DNA of 64,000 nt, taken from the NCBI GenBank assembly GCA_016198415.1, contig JACQIO010000016.1:6084-70083 (forward strand). Reading direction: 5' to 3'. This DNA is from Candidatus Berkelbacteria bacterium (GTDB lineage: Bacteria; Patescibacteriota; UBA1384; JACPKC01). Below are positions 27,201 to 36,546 of the stretch, piece by piece. The notes under the pieces were generated by a model, which was given only the letters and a program-made list of their open reading frames with translations, was not told the origin of the DNA and made no database searches. Position 1 is the first letter of the stretch. The number at the start of each line of letters is the position of its first letter. Made by a program: the position numbers and the translations under genes.

Positions 27201-27363
27201 AGCGCCACGATCGGTGTCGGCTGTACCAGCGCGACCAATCATCTCAGCAGAGGACATCCAGGCCCTGAGAGAAGCGGCCGGGGCTGAGCCGGAGGCGGAC
27301 CTCGGCACGCTCACTCCCGGTGAAGAGATCTCGCTTCACGATGACCGGGACGTCACACCCTAG
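24268..27363 (+). CDS. Membrane-anchored P-loop ATPase, T4CP-like, paralog 2 with ~230-aa Pro/Arg/Gly/Ser-rich C-terminal tail
   Basis: Same motif set as paralog 1 (TIGKTGTGKSTL, VAVVDPHGQ, DFYLYVDEFQNF, NQYIAQMPE). SD GGGAGG before ATG 24268. Confidence 0.8.
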   Translation: MLTIILLLILAVAGWFGWRAFQQWRLARRAEEYAGWLGSQRSIILHVLVPKNNEKTPLAAEQFFAAIHGVFREGADFQEQISFELVSHDTFIHFYLHVPAHLKEFVEGQLYAQYPQIEIQEVEDYLTPLVPSQAMLGAELVQTKDPVYPILTFQNFTVDPLSGITAVLGNLGAGQQLYVQIVIKPVAESWQERGVKFVAAKRLGVPLKKPSGFVQLIGVASRVVVSILQTIFLPSGGGGEGAAEAAPAKEPDKRPELSAPEEAALKGIESKVTKLGYAVRIRLLAVASDPYTARSRIEAISGAFKQFNTNNLNGFRSAIVDQVEPFLHAMKAREFAGDGMILNTEELASLYHLPSVSVETPNMMWAGSKKGEPPANLPVAGRDDESDITFLGMTDFRNNRHKFGIKSKDRGLHMYTIGKTGTGKSTLLLNMVIDDIQKGKGVAVVDPHGQLIQDVLERLPPHRTNDVIYFNPADRDHPIGFNLFESVDPDLRNVVASGILSIFKKLWADSWGPRLEYILRNAILALMYYPDTTLLGINRLLTDPAYERRVIRKVTDPVVRDFFENEYDMYDPKFRREAIAPIQNKVGQFLSSSTIRNILGQPQSSFNMREVMDEGKILLLDLSIGRIGEDNASLLGSMLITKIQLAAMSRADIPEAERRDFYLYVDEFQNFATESFAVILSEARKYHLNLSLTNQYIAQMPEVVAKAIFGNVGTIISFRVGPSDAAGLAKEFEPVFESQDLINLDNYHIYVKMAIDGVTRPAFSSKTLPPMNVQPSRENYEKVVRVSRERYASPRVFVEQKIQDWADDVQVKQAQEWRRKIEEREQGSGGTPGTPPSPAGASQPRPEPRREPEYRNRNDFVKFVDDTKPTPSPAPRSVAPRPPAAPSGQGGRPSSNRDADRSRRSRGGRNRRGPAGSGGQGSGQAPSTGSRPSGPPRTRGPEQGSRPAPAALSPSQPQPAQPPKQEGSAEPIRPNPPPAPRSVSAVPARPIISAEDIQALREAAGAEPEADLGTLTPGEEISLHDDRDVTP

Positions 27364-27703
27364 CACTCCCTCACCCCACTCCCCTGCACTGACCGGGGGA
27401 GAGGGGGAGGAGGCGCACCGTTTTATGTCAGTCGTTCGGCTGCGCCCGATTGTCTCCACGATCACTCACCCGTCGTTTGATCCCGGAGGTGGTGGATGAT
27501 GGGTACGCGATTGGACGTGACGGGTTGCTGGCCGGATCACCGCCCGCCATGCCAGTATTGTCGTACAACTTACATTGTACGACACGCCATCAGGTTGGGT
27601 AACGCCTTCCACTGTTGAGGACTCCCCCGCCGCCCCTTCTCCTACTCTGTCAGGTCTCGAGGCTCCAGCATGCGCTCTGTGGCGTTTTCTCTGCTAAGAC
27701 GAC

Positions 27704-28630
27704 TCACGCCCTGTTCGACTTGACCTTTTGCCACACAATCAGGAGCTGGGCCGCCAGGAAGATCGAGCTGTAGACGCCCACGATCACCCCGATGAGCAGG
27801 GCGCTTGTGAAGGCACGGATCGAACTCCCCCCCAGCAGGAGGAGTGTGGTCAGTACCAGTACGAGCGTGAGGGATGTGCTGATCGATCGGACGACCGTCT
27901 GTGCCACCGAGACGTTGACGACGTCCTCAAACGGTGCCGTTGGGTTTCTGAGGAGATTCTCGCGGATCCGATCGTACGTGACAATCGTATCGTGGACGGA
28001 GAAGCCCATGACGGTCAGCATGGCCGTGATGAAGAGCGAGTCGACCTCGTAGCCAAAGAGGTGGCCAAGGAGGGCAAAGGCGCCCACGGTGATCAGGAGG
28101 TCGTGGAGGAGCGCAATCACAGCCGTCACACCAAAGCGCCAGGAGTTGGTGGGGGCAGGGACGCGCCGGAAGGCCCAGGCAATGTAGAGGATGATTGCAC
28201 CCGAGGCCAAGACGATCGCCCAGATGGCCTTGCGGGTCAGATCCTGGCCCACGGTTGGGCCGACGTTCTCAAACCGTAGCTCCTCCCACTCGCCCACCTC
28301 GCTGAGCGTCGTTCGGAGCCGGTCCAGCTCCTCGCTCGACGCTCGGGTTCGGATGAGGAAGCTCGCCTCATCGGTTGGGGCCACGCTCGCGGCTGGGATG
28401 ATCCCCGCTGCCTCGGCCTGGGTGACTCGGTCTCGGAGATTTTCACTGGCCACCGGTGCCAGGTAGCGGAGCTCTAGGAGCTGACCGCCCGTGAAGTCGA
28501 TCCCGATCCGGAGACCGTACCCCCACAGGAGGGCCACGCTCGCCAGGGTCAGGACCAAGGACAAGGTGAACCACATACGCCGCTGTGCCAACCAGCGGAC
28601 AACTTGAGGGTTACTGGAGTTGTTTGGCAT
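27704..28630 (-). CDS. secF: Protein translocase subunit SecF
   Basis: Six-TM SecF topology, GIDFTGGQLLELRY, C-terminal RND-like helices. Confidence 0.9.
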   Translation of the reverse strand: MPNNSSNPQVVRWLAQRRMWFTLSLVLTLASVALLWGYGLRIGIDFTGGQLLELRYLAPVASENLRDRVTQAEAAGIIPAASVAPTDEASFLIRTRASSEELDRLRTTLSEVGEWEELRFENVGPTVGQDLTRKAIWAIVLASGAIILYIAWAFRRVPAPTNSWRFGVTAVIALLHDLLITVGAFALLGHLFGYEVDSLFITAMLTVMGFSVHDTIVTYDRIRENLLRNPTAPFEDVVNVSVAQTVVRSISTSLTLVLVLTTLLLLGGSSIRAFTSALLIGVIVGVYSSIFLAAQLLIVWQKVKSNRA

Positions 28631-29909
28631 AGCGGGCCACTCCGTTGAGATTGAGCCTGAGTAGCGTTCGGCTCACGGTCACGGCCGTGAACATGGAGAC
28701 CAGAATGCCGATGGCGAGCGTGACGGCAAAGCCGCGGACCAGACCGGTCGTTGTGTAGTAGAGAATGGCGGCCGTAATCAGCGAGGAGACGTTCGAGTCC
28801 AAGATGCTCGACCACGCCCGGCGGAACCCGTCTTCAACGGCCTCGGCACTCCCCTTTCCGCCCCGAATCTCCTCACGCATTCGCTCAAAGATAAGGATGT
28901 TGGCGTCGACGGCCATGCCAATCGAGAGGATGAAGCCGGCAATGCCTGCCAGGGTGAGCGTGACGGGAATGATCTCAAAGAGCGCCAGGGTAATGATCCC
29001 GTAGATCATGAGGGCCATCGTGGCCAGGAATCCCGGCAGGCGGTAGTAGAGGATCATGTAGAGCGCCACCAGTAAGAGACCAACGACGCCGGCCAGGAGG
29101 CTCTCTTGGACCGAGAGTGCTCCGAGCGTCGCCCCGATCGTCCGTTCTTCCACCAGCTCAACGGGCACGGGCAGGGCGCCGGCGTTCAACTGGATGGCCA
29201 GCTCCTTGGCCTCGTCGATGCTGAAGCCGCCACTAATGATCGCGGTCCCATCGGTGATCTCGCTCTGGACCGTTGGAGCCGTGATCAGTTCCTCGTCTAG
29301 GAAGACCGCGATCGGCTGACCAAGGTGGGACTCAGTCAAGGCGCGGAACTTCTCACGGCCGTCGGCGTTGAAGTCGAGCTGGACCACGGGCGAGCTCCCC
29401 AGCCCCAGGCTCCCGGTTGCCCCGGATTGATCAAAGCTGACGCTGGCTCGCGTCAGGTCGGCGCCGGTCAGATCCGTTGGGGCAAAGCTCCCCACAAACG
29501 TTGCTCGGATGCCCTCGTCACCCTCCAGGGCCGGCTGCCAGAACTCAAGCCGGGCCGTCCGGCCAATTAGAGACTTTGCCTCACCAACGTCTTGGACCCC
29601 CGGTAGCTCCACCAAAATGGCCTCTCGCTCCCCCACTCGGCTGGTCTGAATGACCGGTTCGGCCACGCCCAGGGCATCGACGCGGCGGCGAATCGCTTCC
29701 TGAACGCCGGCGATCGCATCGTCCTGTTCGTTCGGCTCGACCGTCGCCAAATCAAGCTCGTAGACCAGCTGCGTCCCCCCTTGGAGATCCAAACCCGGGT
29801 GGAGGCGGACGCCCTTCACAAACCACACGTCCGTTGGCCACGCGAACATACCGGCCACGACCGTGAGAAGTGCAATCAACCAGAATGTCCACCACGTGCG
29901 TCGGCGCAT
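28611..29909 (-). CDS. secD: Protein translocase subunit SecD (start taken at internal Met MRRRTWW, just downstream of manC stop)
   Basis: LDLQGGTQLVYELD periplasmic domain and SecD TM bundle. The longer ORF would overlap manC by 107 nt. Confidence 0.9.
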   Translation of the reverse strand: MRRRTWWTFWLIALLTVVAGMFAWPTDVWFVKGVRLHPGLDLQGGTQLVYELDLATVEPNEQDDAIAGVQEAIRRRVDALGVAEPVIQTSRVGEREAILVELPGVQDVGEAKSLIGRTARLEFWQPALEGDEGIRATFVGSFAPTDLTGADLTRASVSFDQSGATGSLGLGSSPVVQLDFNADGREKFRALTESHLGQPIAVFLDEELITAPTVQSEITDGTAIISGGFSIDEAKELAIQLNAGALPVPVELVEERTIGATLGALSVQESLLAGVVGLLLVALYMILYYRLPGFLATMALMIYGIITLALFEIIPVTLTLAGIAGFILSIGMAVDANILIFERMREEIRGGKGSAEAVEDGFRRAWSSILDSNVSSLITAAILYYTTTGLVRGFAVTLAIGILVSMFTAVTVSRTLLRLNLNGVARYAKQLQ

Positions 29910-29916
29910 CGTGCTC

Positions 29917-30999
29917 CTAGAGGTACTGCCGGAGCCCTTCATTGGTGAGGAGCTCGACGACCTTCTTGACCTCTTGCGATCGTTCTTTTGGAGTGACCAG
30001 GAGGGCGTCGGGGGTGTCAACAATCACCAGCCCGGAGACGCCAATCGTCGCGATCAGCTTCTCAGGAGGACCGTACACGAGCGTATTCTGTGTATCAATC
30101 CCCCGCCAGTGTGCCTTGACGAGATTGCCGTGCTCGTCGGCTTGCTCAGCGAGCTGCTCGGAGAGCATATGCCAATCTCCCAGATCAGCCCAGCCAAAGT
30201 CGCCGCGGACGGTCCGGACCTCGCTTGAGTCCATCTTCTCAATCACCGCGTAGTCAATCGATTTCGCTTCCATCCTGGCGAACGCAGCGTGCAGTGCGTC
30301 TTCGTTCTTCTTCTCGAGTGCGTCGATGATCGCTGGCAACTGGCGACCGATGGATGGTGCAAACCGTTCGTAGGCGTCCATAAAGCGTTGTGGCGTCCAC
30401 AGGAAGTAGCCACCGTTCCAGAGGTAGTTGCCCTCAGCGAGAAACTGCTTGGCGGTCTTGGCGTCTGGTTTCTCGCGCTGGCCTTCGAAGGCGAAGACGT
30501 GGACTCCGCCACGCGTTTCGAGTTCCTCGCCGACCTTGAGGTAGCCGAGGTTTGTGTTTGGGAACGTTGGCGGCAGGCCAATGTTGACCATCACGCCGAG
30601 CTCACGGACTAGCGCCTCGCCGACCGAGAACGTTGCCCGATACATCGCCGGATTCTTGATGTGGTGGTCAGCCGGCATGAGGATCATCGGCTCGTCAGCG
30701 CCGACCCGTGACATCCAGGCGGCGACGAACGCCATGGCCGGGCCGGTATCACGCCGTTCCGGCTCGATGATGTAGTGGTCCTTGGGGACCTTCGGTAGGA
30801 GGCGGTGGACGACTGGCGCAAACGGGCCGATCGTCGAGATGTACGTGTTCGCTGGGGTCGCGAGTCCGTCGAGCCGCTTGACCGTTTCCTCGAGCATGGT
30901 GAGCTCAGTGACGAGCTGGGCAAACTGCTTTGGCTGCGTGAACCGGCTCCGTGGCCAGAGTCGCGTCCCCGATCCCCCGCACATGATGACGTAGTTCAT
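29917..30999 (-). CDS. Mannose-1-phosphate guanylyltransferase (GDP-mannose pyrophosphorylase) family
   Basis: MNYVIMCGGSGTRLWPRSR...KQF nucleotidyltransferase signature. 360 aa. Confidence 0.85.
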   Translation of the reverse strand: MNYVIMCGGSGTRLWPRSRFTQPKQFAQLVTELTMLEETVKRLDGLATPANTYISTIGPFAPVVHRLLPKVPKDHYIIEPERRDTGPAMAFVAAWMSRVGADEPMILMPADHHIKNPAMYRATFSVGEALVRELGVMVNIGLPPTFPNTNLGYLKVGEELETRGGVHVFAFEGQREKPDAKTAKQFLAEGNYLWNGGYFLWTPQRFMDAYERFAPSIGRQLPAIIDALEKKNEDALHAAFARMEAKSIDYAVIEKMDSSEVRTVRGDFGWADLGDWHMLSEQLAEQADEHGNLVKAHWRGIDTQNTLVYGPPEKLIATIGVSGLVIVDTPDALLVTPKERSQEVKKVVELLTNEGLRQYL

Positions 31000-31613
31000 G
31001 CTCCTCCCTGTGTTCCGGGTACGCTACCAGAAGCCGAGTGCCGTCGCAAACCAAGGTGGTGCTCGATGATCTGGGCGACCTCCTCGACCGCCTCATCGAG
31101 CTTCCCTGCTCGGTTGATCACGGTCGCTTCACAGACGTCTTGCTGCTCCATTTCACGCTGAGCAATCGCGAGCCGCCCCGCGATGTCTTGCTCCGTCATC
31201 ATTGGTCGGGTCCGACGCAGCCGATCCGGCATGTCGCCGAGCGACTCGTAGGCAATGAAGATGGCCAGCGTGCCGGGAAAAGTACGCTTGTAGCTGACCA
31301 CGCCGCGGACGTCGATCGCTGAACGTGGCACTGGGTACTGGCCCCGATCCAAGATCTCCCGGAGGTGGCGGATTTGGGTGCCGTAGCGGTGGTGGTCGAA
31401 CTCCTCCCACTCTAGGAACGCCCCAGCCTCAATGAGGCGCGTGAACGCCTCTTCACTGACAAAGTGATACTTATCCTCGCCTGGCGTCCGTTGCGGGCGG
31501 GTTGTCGTCGTCTTGTAGAACTCAAGGTTCGGAAACATCGGGACGATGCGATCAATGATGACGTTCTTCCCTACTCCAGAGGGTCCAACGACGAGAACTG
31601 GTACGGGTTTCAT
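30996..31613 (-). CDS. gmk: Guanylate kinase
   Basis: P-loop GPSGVGK, TTRPQRTPGEDKYHFV guanylate-binding motif. Confidence 0.85.
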   Translation of the reverse strand: MKPVPVLVVGPSGVGKNVIIDRIVPMFPNLEFYKTTTTRPQRTPGEDKYHFVSEEAFTRLIEAGAFLEWEEFDHHRYGTQIRHLREILDRGQYPVPRSAIDVRGVVSYKRTFPGTLAIFIAYESLGDMPDRLRRTRPMMTEQDIAGRLAIAQREMEQQDVCEATVINRAGKLDEAVEEVAQIIEHHLGLRRHSASGSVPGTQGGA

Positions 31614-31720
31614 GTGGCGAGTATATCGAACTCACGGCGAATGGCACCCTTTCGTATGTGTTCCCCGGTATCCACTTCGGGAGTTGATACCCCGAGACAC
31701 ATCGGGAGATGGCAGTGCAT

Positions 31721-32509
31721 TTAGCCTTGAAGTGAGTCGAAGACGTGTTGGAGGTCGGGTGCCAGGGGGCTCTTCATCACGACGCGCTCTTGGCGGAGTG
31801 GGTCGGTAAACGTGAGCGATGTCGCGTGGAGGAACTGGCGATCGAGGCCAAGGGATTTGCTCACTTCCCTGCTCTCCTTGGTGCTGTACATTGGGTCGCC
31901 GATGATCGGGGTGCCTGCGTCGAGGAGCTGAACGCGCAGCTGGTGGGTCCGGCCCGTCTTGGGCCGAAGCTCCAGCCAACACAGGCGCGTGCCTACTTCT
32001 TGGTTCAACCCTAAGGGTCGAACCAAGAACCGATCGATCACATGGAAGTCGGTTTCGGCGGGTTTCGGCGTGCGCTTCTCCCAAGAAAACGAGAGGTGTT
32101 TCACGCCCTGTCGTGTGTCCTCCCCCACTCTCCCGATCGACCCACGGAGTGTCCCACGTTCGCCTGGATCGCCCAGGACGAGGGCTTGGTAGACCTTCTC
32201 AACCGTCCGCGCTCGGAACTGATCCTGGAGTGCTGTCAGCGTCTCTGGATCCTTGGCCACCAGGATGATGCCGGAGGTATCAGTATCGAGTCGGTGAACA
32301 ATCCCTGGTCGTAGATCGTCTGAGGAGAAGTTCCTTGTGATCTCCGGTACGTTCGCCCTCAGCCAGTTGGCCAGCGTCTCTCCCGCGTGCTTTGCGCCGG
32401 GGGCAGGATCGCGTCCTACCATCGCCTCGGGCGAGGGCGGATGGACAACCAGGCCGGGCGGTTTCTCAAGCGCCAACCAGCGTGCTGTCTCGTGAAGAAT
32501 CCGAATCAA
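31721..32509 (-). CDS. RluA-family pseudouridine synthase
   Basis: Catalytic HRLDTDTSG motif. 262 aa without S4 domain. Confidence 0.85.
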   Translation of the reverse strand: MIRILHETARWLALEKPPGLVVHPPSPEAMVGRDPAPGAKHAGETLANWLRANVPEITRNFSSDDLRPGIVHRLDTDTSGIILVAKDPETLTALQDQFRARTVEKVYQALVLGDPGERGTLRGSIGRVGEDTRQGVKHLSFSWEKRTPKPAETDFHVIDRFLVRPLGLNQEVGTRLCWLELRPKTGRTHQLRVQLLDAGTPIIGDPMYSTKESREVSKSLGLDRQFLHATSLTFTDPLRQERVVMKSPLAPDLQHVFDSLQG

Positions 32510-32528
32510 TTGAGAGCCTCACTGCCAA

Positions 32529-33578
32529 CTACTGAGCGTCTGGTTCCGGTACCGGTGGCCTGAGGGTCGGTTGACTCTCCCCGACTGCAAGTCCCTCAGC
32601 GGTGTCTGGGGCGTCGAGTTGCAAGACCCGATCAACCTTTTCTGCCAGACGGATGTAGTCTGACTGGACAGAGTCAGAGACATTCTTTGCGTTCGTGATA
32701 TGTTTCCCCAAAACCCGCACGCCGTCGCCGAACTTGTGGGTTTCCTGCTGAATGGCCCGGACCGTGGTCAGGACCTGGTGGGCCATGCGGTTCAGACGCT
32801 GGCCCTCTAGGCCAACCATGATGGTGCGCAGGTAGTAGAAGAACGTAGCGGGACTGGTCACAATCACCTTCTCGGCTGCTGCATGATCGTAGAGATCGCG
32901 GAACTTGTCGTTGGTCACCAGCTCGTAGTAGACGGACTCGCTCGGCACGTACATGACGGCAAAGTCAACGGTGCCTTCGTCTGGGAGGAGGTACTTCTTG
33001 CTGATCTCATTGACCCGTCCACGGAAGTCTCGTCTGAAGGCGTTGGCGTAGTTGGTCTTCTCACGTTCGTCTGAAGACTGAAGGTAGCGGTTGAAGTTCT
33101 CCAGCGGGAACTTGGCGTCAATTGGCACAATGCCAGCCTGAAGCTTGATGGCGGCATCGACGATATCGCCGGTCGTAAACCGGTACTGGAAACGAAGCAT
33201 CTCGGCCGGCAGGGCTTGAGCGAGCATGTCCTTGAGTCCCTGCTCACCCAGTCCTCCGCGGAGCTTCGGTGACTTGAGGAAGTCCTGGAACTGCGTCAGT
33301 TGCGTCCCAATCTGGCTCATGGTGCCGAGTTCGCGGTGGACTTGTCCCACCACCGTGGCTGCTCGGTCAAGTCGTTCATTGATGGCCTTGGTTGTGGCGT
33401 CAATCCGCTCTTGCATCCCTTGGATGTTTTGATTGAGCAGGACGGCGGACTGATCATTAGCGCGGGACTGCTCAATCTCGCGCAAGCGCCGCAGGACAAT
33501 CGCAAAGCCTACGCCGAGTCCGACGGCGAGGAGAACGAGTCCAACAATCAGAATGAGTTCCATACCCCGCATTATCAA
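32529..33578 (-). CDS. rmuC: DNA recombination protein RmuC
   Basis: N-terminal TM, long coiled-coil, C-terminal RmuC domain (KYLLPDEGTVDFAVMYVPSESVYYEL). Confidence 0.85.
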   Translation of the reverse strand: MIMRGMELILIVGLVLLAVGLGVGFAIVLRRLREIEQSRANDQSAVLLNQNIQGMQERIDATTKAINERLDRAATVVGQVHRELGTMSQIGTQLTQFQDFLKSPKLRGGLGEQGLKDMLAQALPAEMLRFQYRFTTGDIVDAAIKLQAGIVPIDAKFPLENFNRYLQSSDEREKTNYANAFRRDFRGRVNEISKKYLLPDEGTVDFAVMYVPSESVYYELVTNDKFRDLYDHAAAEKVIVTSPATFFYYLRTIMVGLEGQRLNRMAHQVLTTVRAIQQETHKFGDGVRVLGKHITNAKNVSDSVQSDYIRLAEKVDRVLQLDAPDTAEGLAVGESQPTLRPPVPEPDAQ

Positions 33579-33595
33579 TCATTCATCATGAATCA

Positions 33596-36517
33596 TCAAT
33601 CATAGTCCCGGAAGGGATTGTTTGGATTCGGATCAAACTTTCCTGCCTTGATCGCTTCAACGGTCTCGACGATGAGTTGTCGAGTTGACTCCATCAAAGG
33701 CTCGTCGGGTTCGATCACACCCTCCAGATCGTGCTCGACAAAGTCCAGGACCACGCGCTTGGGCATGTGGCCAAACTGCTGCTGGTAGGCAAGAGCATAG
33801 ATCCGAATGGGGACGTTCTCCCTAGCCTTCTTGGTTGCTTCCTTCTGATCAGTGACGTGACTGGTCTTGAAATCGCGGATCTCATCACGGCTGGTGAAGA
33901 TGGCGTCCATGCGACCACTGATCCTTGTGCCCGGCAGACCGAGCTTGAAGCTGTGCTCCACCAGCTCGGGGACGGCCTGCGTGTGAGCTCGCTTCACGAA
34001 TCGTTGGAGCGTCTCTTGGCCGTGCTCAAACTGTCGGTTCTCGTCCGCCTTTGACTCAAAGCCTTCGCTCTTCCATGCCTCGCTGTAGCGGCGGAGCACG
34101 TCGTCGAGAGTCGGGCTCTTCCCCTCTTTCCGGAATCTGTGGTAGGCCTCGATGGCCGAGTGAATCGCGTTTCCATAGACCAAGTGACGACTCGGCTCCT
34201 GCGGCGCCTTGAGGACGTAGCGCCAGTAGAACTGGTAGGGATCCTGCTGGTAGCACTCGATCGCGGCTGGTGAGAGGAACAGGAGGCCATCGTAGGTGGG
34301 CAGCTGAATCGTTGGCTTGACCGGCAGACTCGGTGCAAACTCGTGCAGGCGAGCCATTGGTTCCACCACGGAGAGTGGCTCGGGGGCCTGCGTCAGTTCG
34401 AGCGCCTCGAGGACAAACGGACTGATCTTGCCCGCCCGCGTTCCACTGCCAGAGCGTTCGGCGCCAGAGAGAATGAGCTGCTGCTTGGCCCGGGTCATTG
34501 CCACGTACATCAGGCGCCGCTCCTCTGCGAGGTGCCCGTCACCCGTCGGCAGCTCTTCGGCGATCAGTTGGCCCGGCAGCTCGATGGGATCGCGTCGGCG
34601 CCGGGCCGGGAATCGGCTGTTGGTCAAGCTCGGGAGGAAGATCGTATCAAACTCTAGCCCCTTGGCCGCGTGGACGGTCATCACCTGCACCGCCGGAGTA
34701 TCCGGGCCAAGGCTGACGCTCGGCGGTACCACCGATCCCAGGAGTTCGTCGAGCTGGTCAACAAACGCGAAGGCAAAGGGATCGCGGCCCGCATCGAGAT
34801 AGCTCTTGATGGCCTCAAAAACGGCGGCAATGTTCTGAATCATGACCAATCGATCGGGCTCGGGGGCCTCGAGAAAGAGCGACCGTTGCGTGCCACTGTC
34901 CGCCTGGTCCAGGGTGAGTACCCCGCGCTCGCGCAAAAACTGGTAGAGAATCTCACCCGGGTTCTTGGTGCCGATCATGGCTCGGTAGCGGACAAGATCG
35001 TCGCGAAAGGCCTCAATTGCTGCCTGGCCTGACTCAGGCACTCGTTGCCACGCGACCGAATGAGGATCATGGAGCACGTCGTGGATACCCCGATTGCCTC
35101 GTCGCGAGGCATCGTTGAAAGGCAGGATCCACTCTGGCTCGAGGTGGTAGTAGGGACTGAGTGCCAACTTGAGGTGGGCGAGGGAATCATCGGTCCGGGT
35201 CAGACACTTGAGGAAGGCGACGATCCCGCGGATCTCCGGCCGAGCCGTGAAGCCCTGATCCTTGCTGGTTCGGTACGGGAGCCCAGCGGTAGTGAGGGCT
35301 GAGGTGACTGAGCTGATCAGGGAGTTGGAACGAACCAAGATGGCGATGTCCTGGAGCGGCACCTGCATTGATCGCTGTTGGATCTCAGTGGCGAGGGCGG
35401 CGAGTTCGTCGGCCTCATGAACGTACCACCGGAACACGGGTTGACTCCCCGGCTCCTGCCCGTGGAGTCGTTTCTGGATGTCGAGTTTACTCTCTAAGCG
35501 ATCGGGATCATTGTGACGGATCAGCCGGTAGGCGCTGTCAAGAATCGACTGCGTCGAGCGATAGTTCTCCGTCAGGACCACCTGCGCAGCCTTTGGAAAG
35601 TCCTTGATGAAGCCCAGGATGTTTGAGACGGCCGCTCCACGGAACTTGTAGATGGCTTGGTCATCATCGCCAACGACCGTGAGATTCCGAGACGGTCCGA
35701 GAAGCCGCTTGACCAATTGGTACTGGGCGATGTTCGTATCTTGGAACTCATCAACAAGGACGAACGAGAACTGTTGCTGCAGCCGCGCCCGGATGGTCGG
35801 ATGGGCATCGAGGAATGTCACCAAGCGCAGGATCTGGTCGCCAAAGTCGATGACGCCTTTCTCGGCCTTGAACTCCTCATACGCCGCATAGATGGTGGCA
35901 ACGTCCAGCTGGCGCCGTGCTTCCTGAACTTCATCCTCATTGCTGGCCTGTGCCAGGAGTTGCTCGGCAACAACCCGGTACCGGGCCGGTGTTACCAGCT
36001 CATCTTTGGCCCGTGAAATGACGGTCAAGATCGGCTGGATGAATTTGCGTGGATTGCCCAGTGGCCGAAGCTCTGCTAGGCCCTCGATCGCATCGAATCG
36101 ATCAGCCAGGAAGATGGCCTGCTCGTTCGCCCCCAAGACCGAGAACTCAGGTGGCAAGCCGAGGTCGAGCGCGTACTCACGTAGGAGCTGATCGCCAAAG
36201 GCATGAAAGGTGGCAACGGTGGCGCCGGTCTGGCCGTACGGTAGGAGCTGGTCAACCCGAGCTTCCATCTCCCCTGCCGCCTTCTCCGTGAAGGTTAGTG
36301 CCAAGATCTCACTTGGCTTGGCTAGGCCTTCAGCAACTAGCCAGGCCACCCGGTGCGTCAGGACCTTGGTCTTGCCGGTGCCGGCTCCCGCCACCACTAA
36401 CAGAGGTCCTGTGCCATGGGTGACGGCCCGGCGTTGGGCGGCGTTCAGGCTCTCTAGGAGGGTGTCCGTCGGCTGAGTCGGGACCGACGGTGTGGTTGGA
36501 GATCGAGGCTTGACCAT
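33596..36517 (-). CDS. UvrD/PcrA-like superfamily-1 helicase fused to a C-terminal PD-(D/E)xK RecB-family nuclease domain (AddA-like)
   Basis: Walker A AGAGTGKT, UvrD motifs throughout. C-terminal GRMDAIFTSRDEIRDFKTS nuclease motif. Confidence 0.85.
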   Translation of the reverse strand: MVKPRSPTTPSVPTQPTDTLLESLNAAQRRAVTHGTGPLLVVAGAGTGKTKVLTHRVAWLVAEGLAKPSEILALTFTEKAAGEMEARVDQLLPYGQTGATVATFHAFGDQLLREYALDLGLPPEFSVLGANEQAIFLADRFDAIEGLAELRPLGNPRKFIQPILTVISRAKDELVTPARYRVVAEQLLAQASNEDEVQEARRQLDVATIYAAYEEFKAEKGVIDFGDQILRLVTFLDAHPTIRARLQQQFSFVLVDEFQDTNIAQYQLVKRLLGPSRNLTVVGDDDQAIYKFRGAAVSNILGFIKDFPKAAQVVLTENYRSTQSILDSAYRLIRHNDPDRLESKLDIQKRLHGQEPGSQPVFRWYVHEADELAALATEIQQRSMQVPLQDIAILVRSNSLISSVTSALTTAGLPYRTSKDQGFTARPEIRGIVAFLKCLTRTDDSLAHLKLALSPYYHLEPEWILPFNDASRRGNRGIHDVLHDPHSVAWQRVPESGQAAIEAFRDDLVRYRAMIGTKNPGEILYQFLRERGVLTLDQADSGTQRSLFLEAPEPDRLVMIQNIAAVFEAIKSYLDAGRDPFAFAFVDQLDELLGSVVPPSVSLGPDTPAVQVMTVHAAKGLEFDTIFLPSLTNSRFPARRRRDPIELPGQLIAEELPTGDGHLAEERRLMYVAMTRAKQQLILSGAERSGSGTRAGKISPFVLEALELTQAPEPLSVVEPMARLHEFAPSLPVKPTIQLPTYDGLLFLSPAAIECYQQDPYQFYWRYVLKAPQEPSRHLVYGNAIHSAIEAYHRFRKEGKSPTLDDVLRRYSEAWKSEGFESKADENRQFEHGQETLQRFVKRAHTQAVPELVEHSFKLGLPGTRISGRMDAIFTSRDEIRDFKTSHVTDQKEATKKARENVPIRIYALAYQQQFGHMPKRVVLDFVEHDLEGVIEPDEPLMESTRQLIVETVEAIKAGKFDPNPNNPFRDYD

Positions 36518-36546
36518 GCTCCAACTGTACCAGACCGAGCGGAGCC

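Noticed and set aside
27379-27401. Hairpin CTCCCC-N-GGGGGAG after the second T4CP-like gene as a terminator
   Set aside because: Only a 6-bp stem and no T-tract. A 10-bp palindrome TTGTCGTACAA-cttaca-TTGTACGACA at 27560-27592 may be an operator instead. Both are too weak to list as features.
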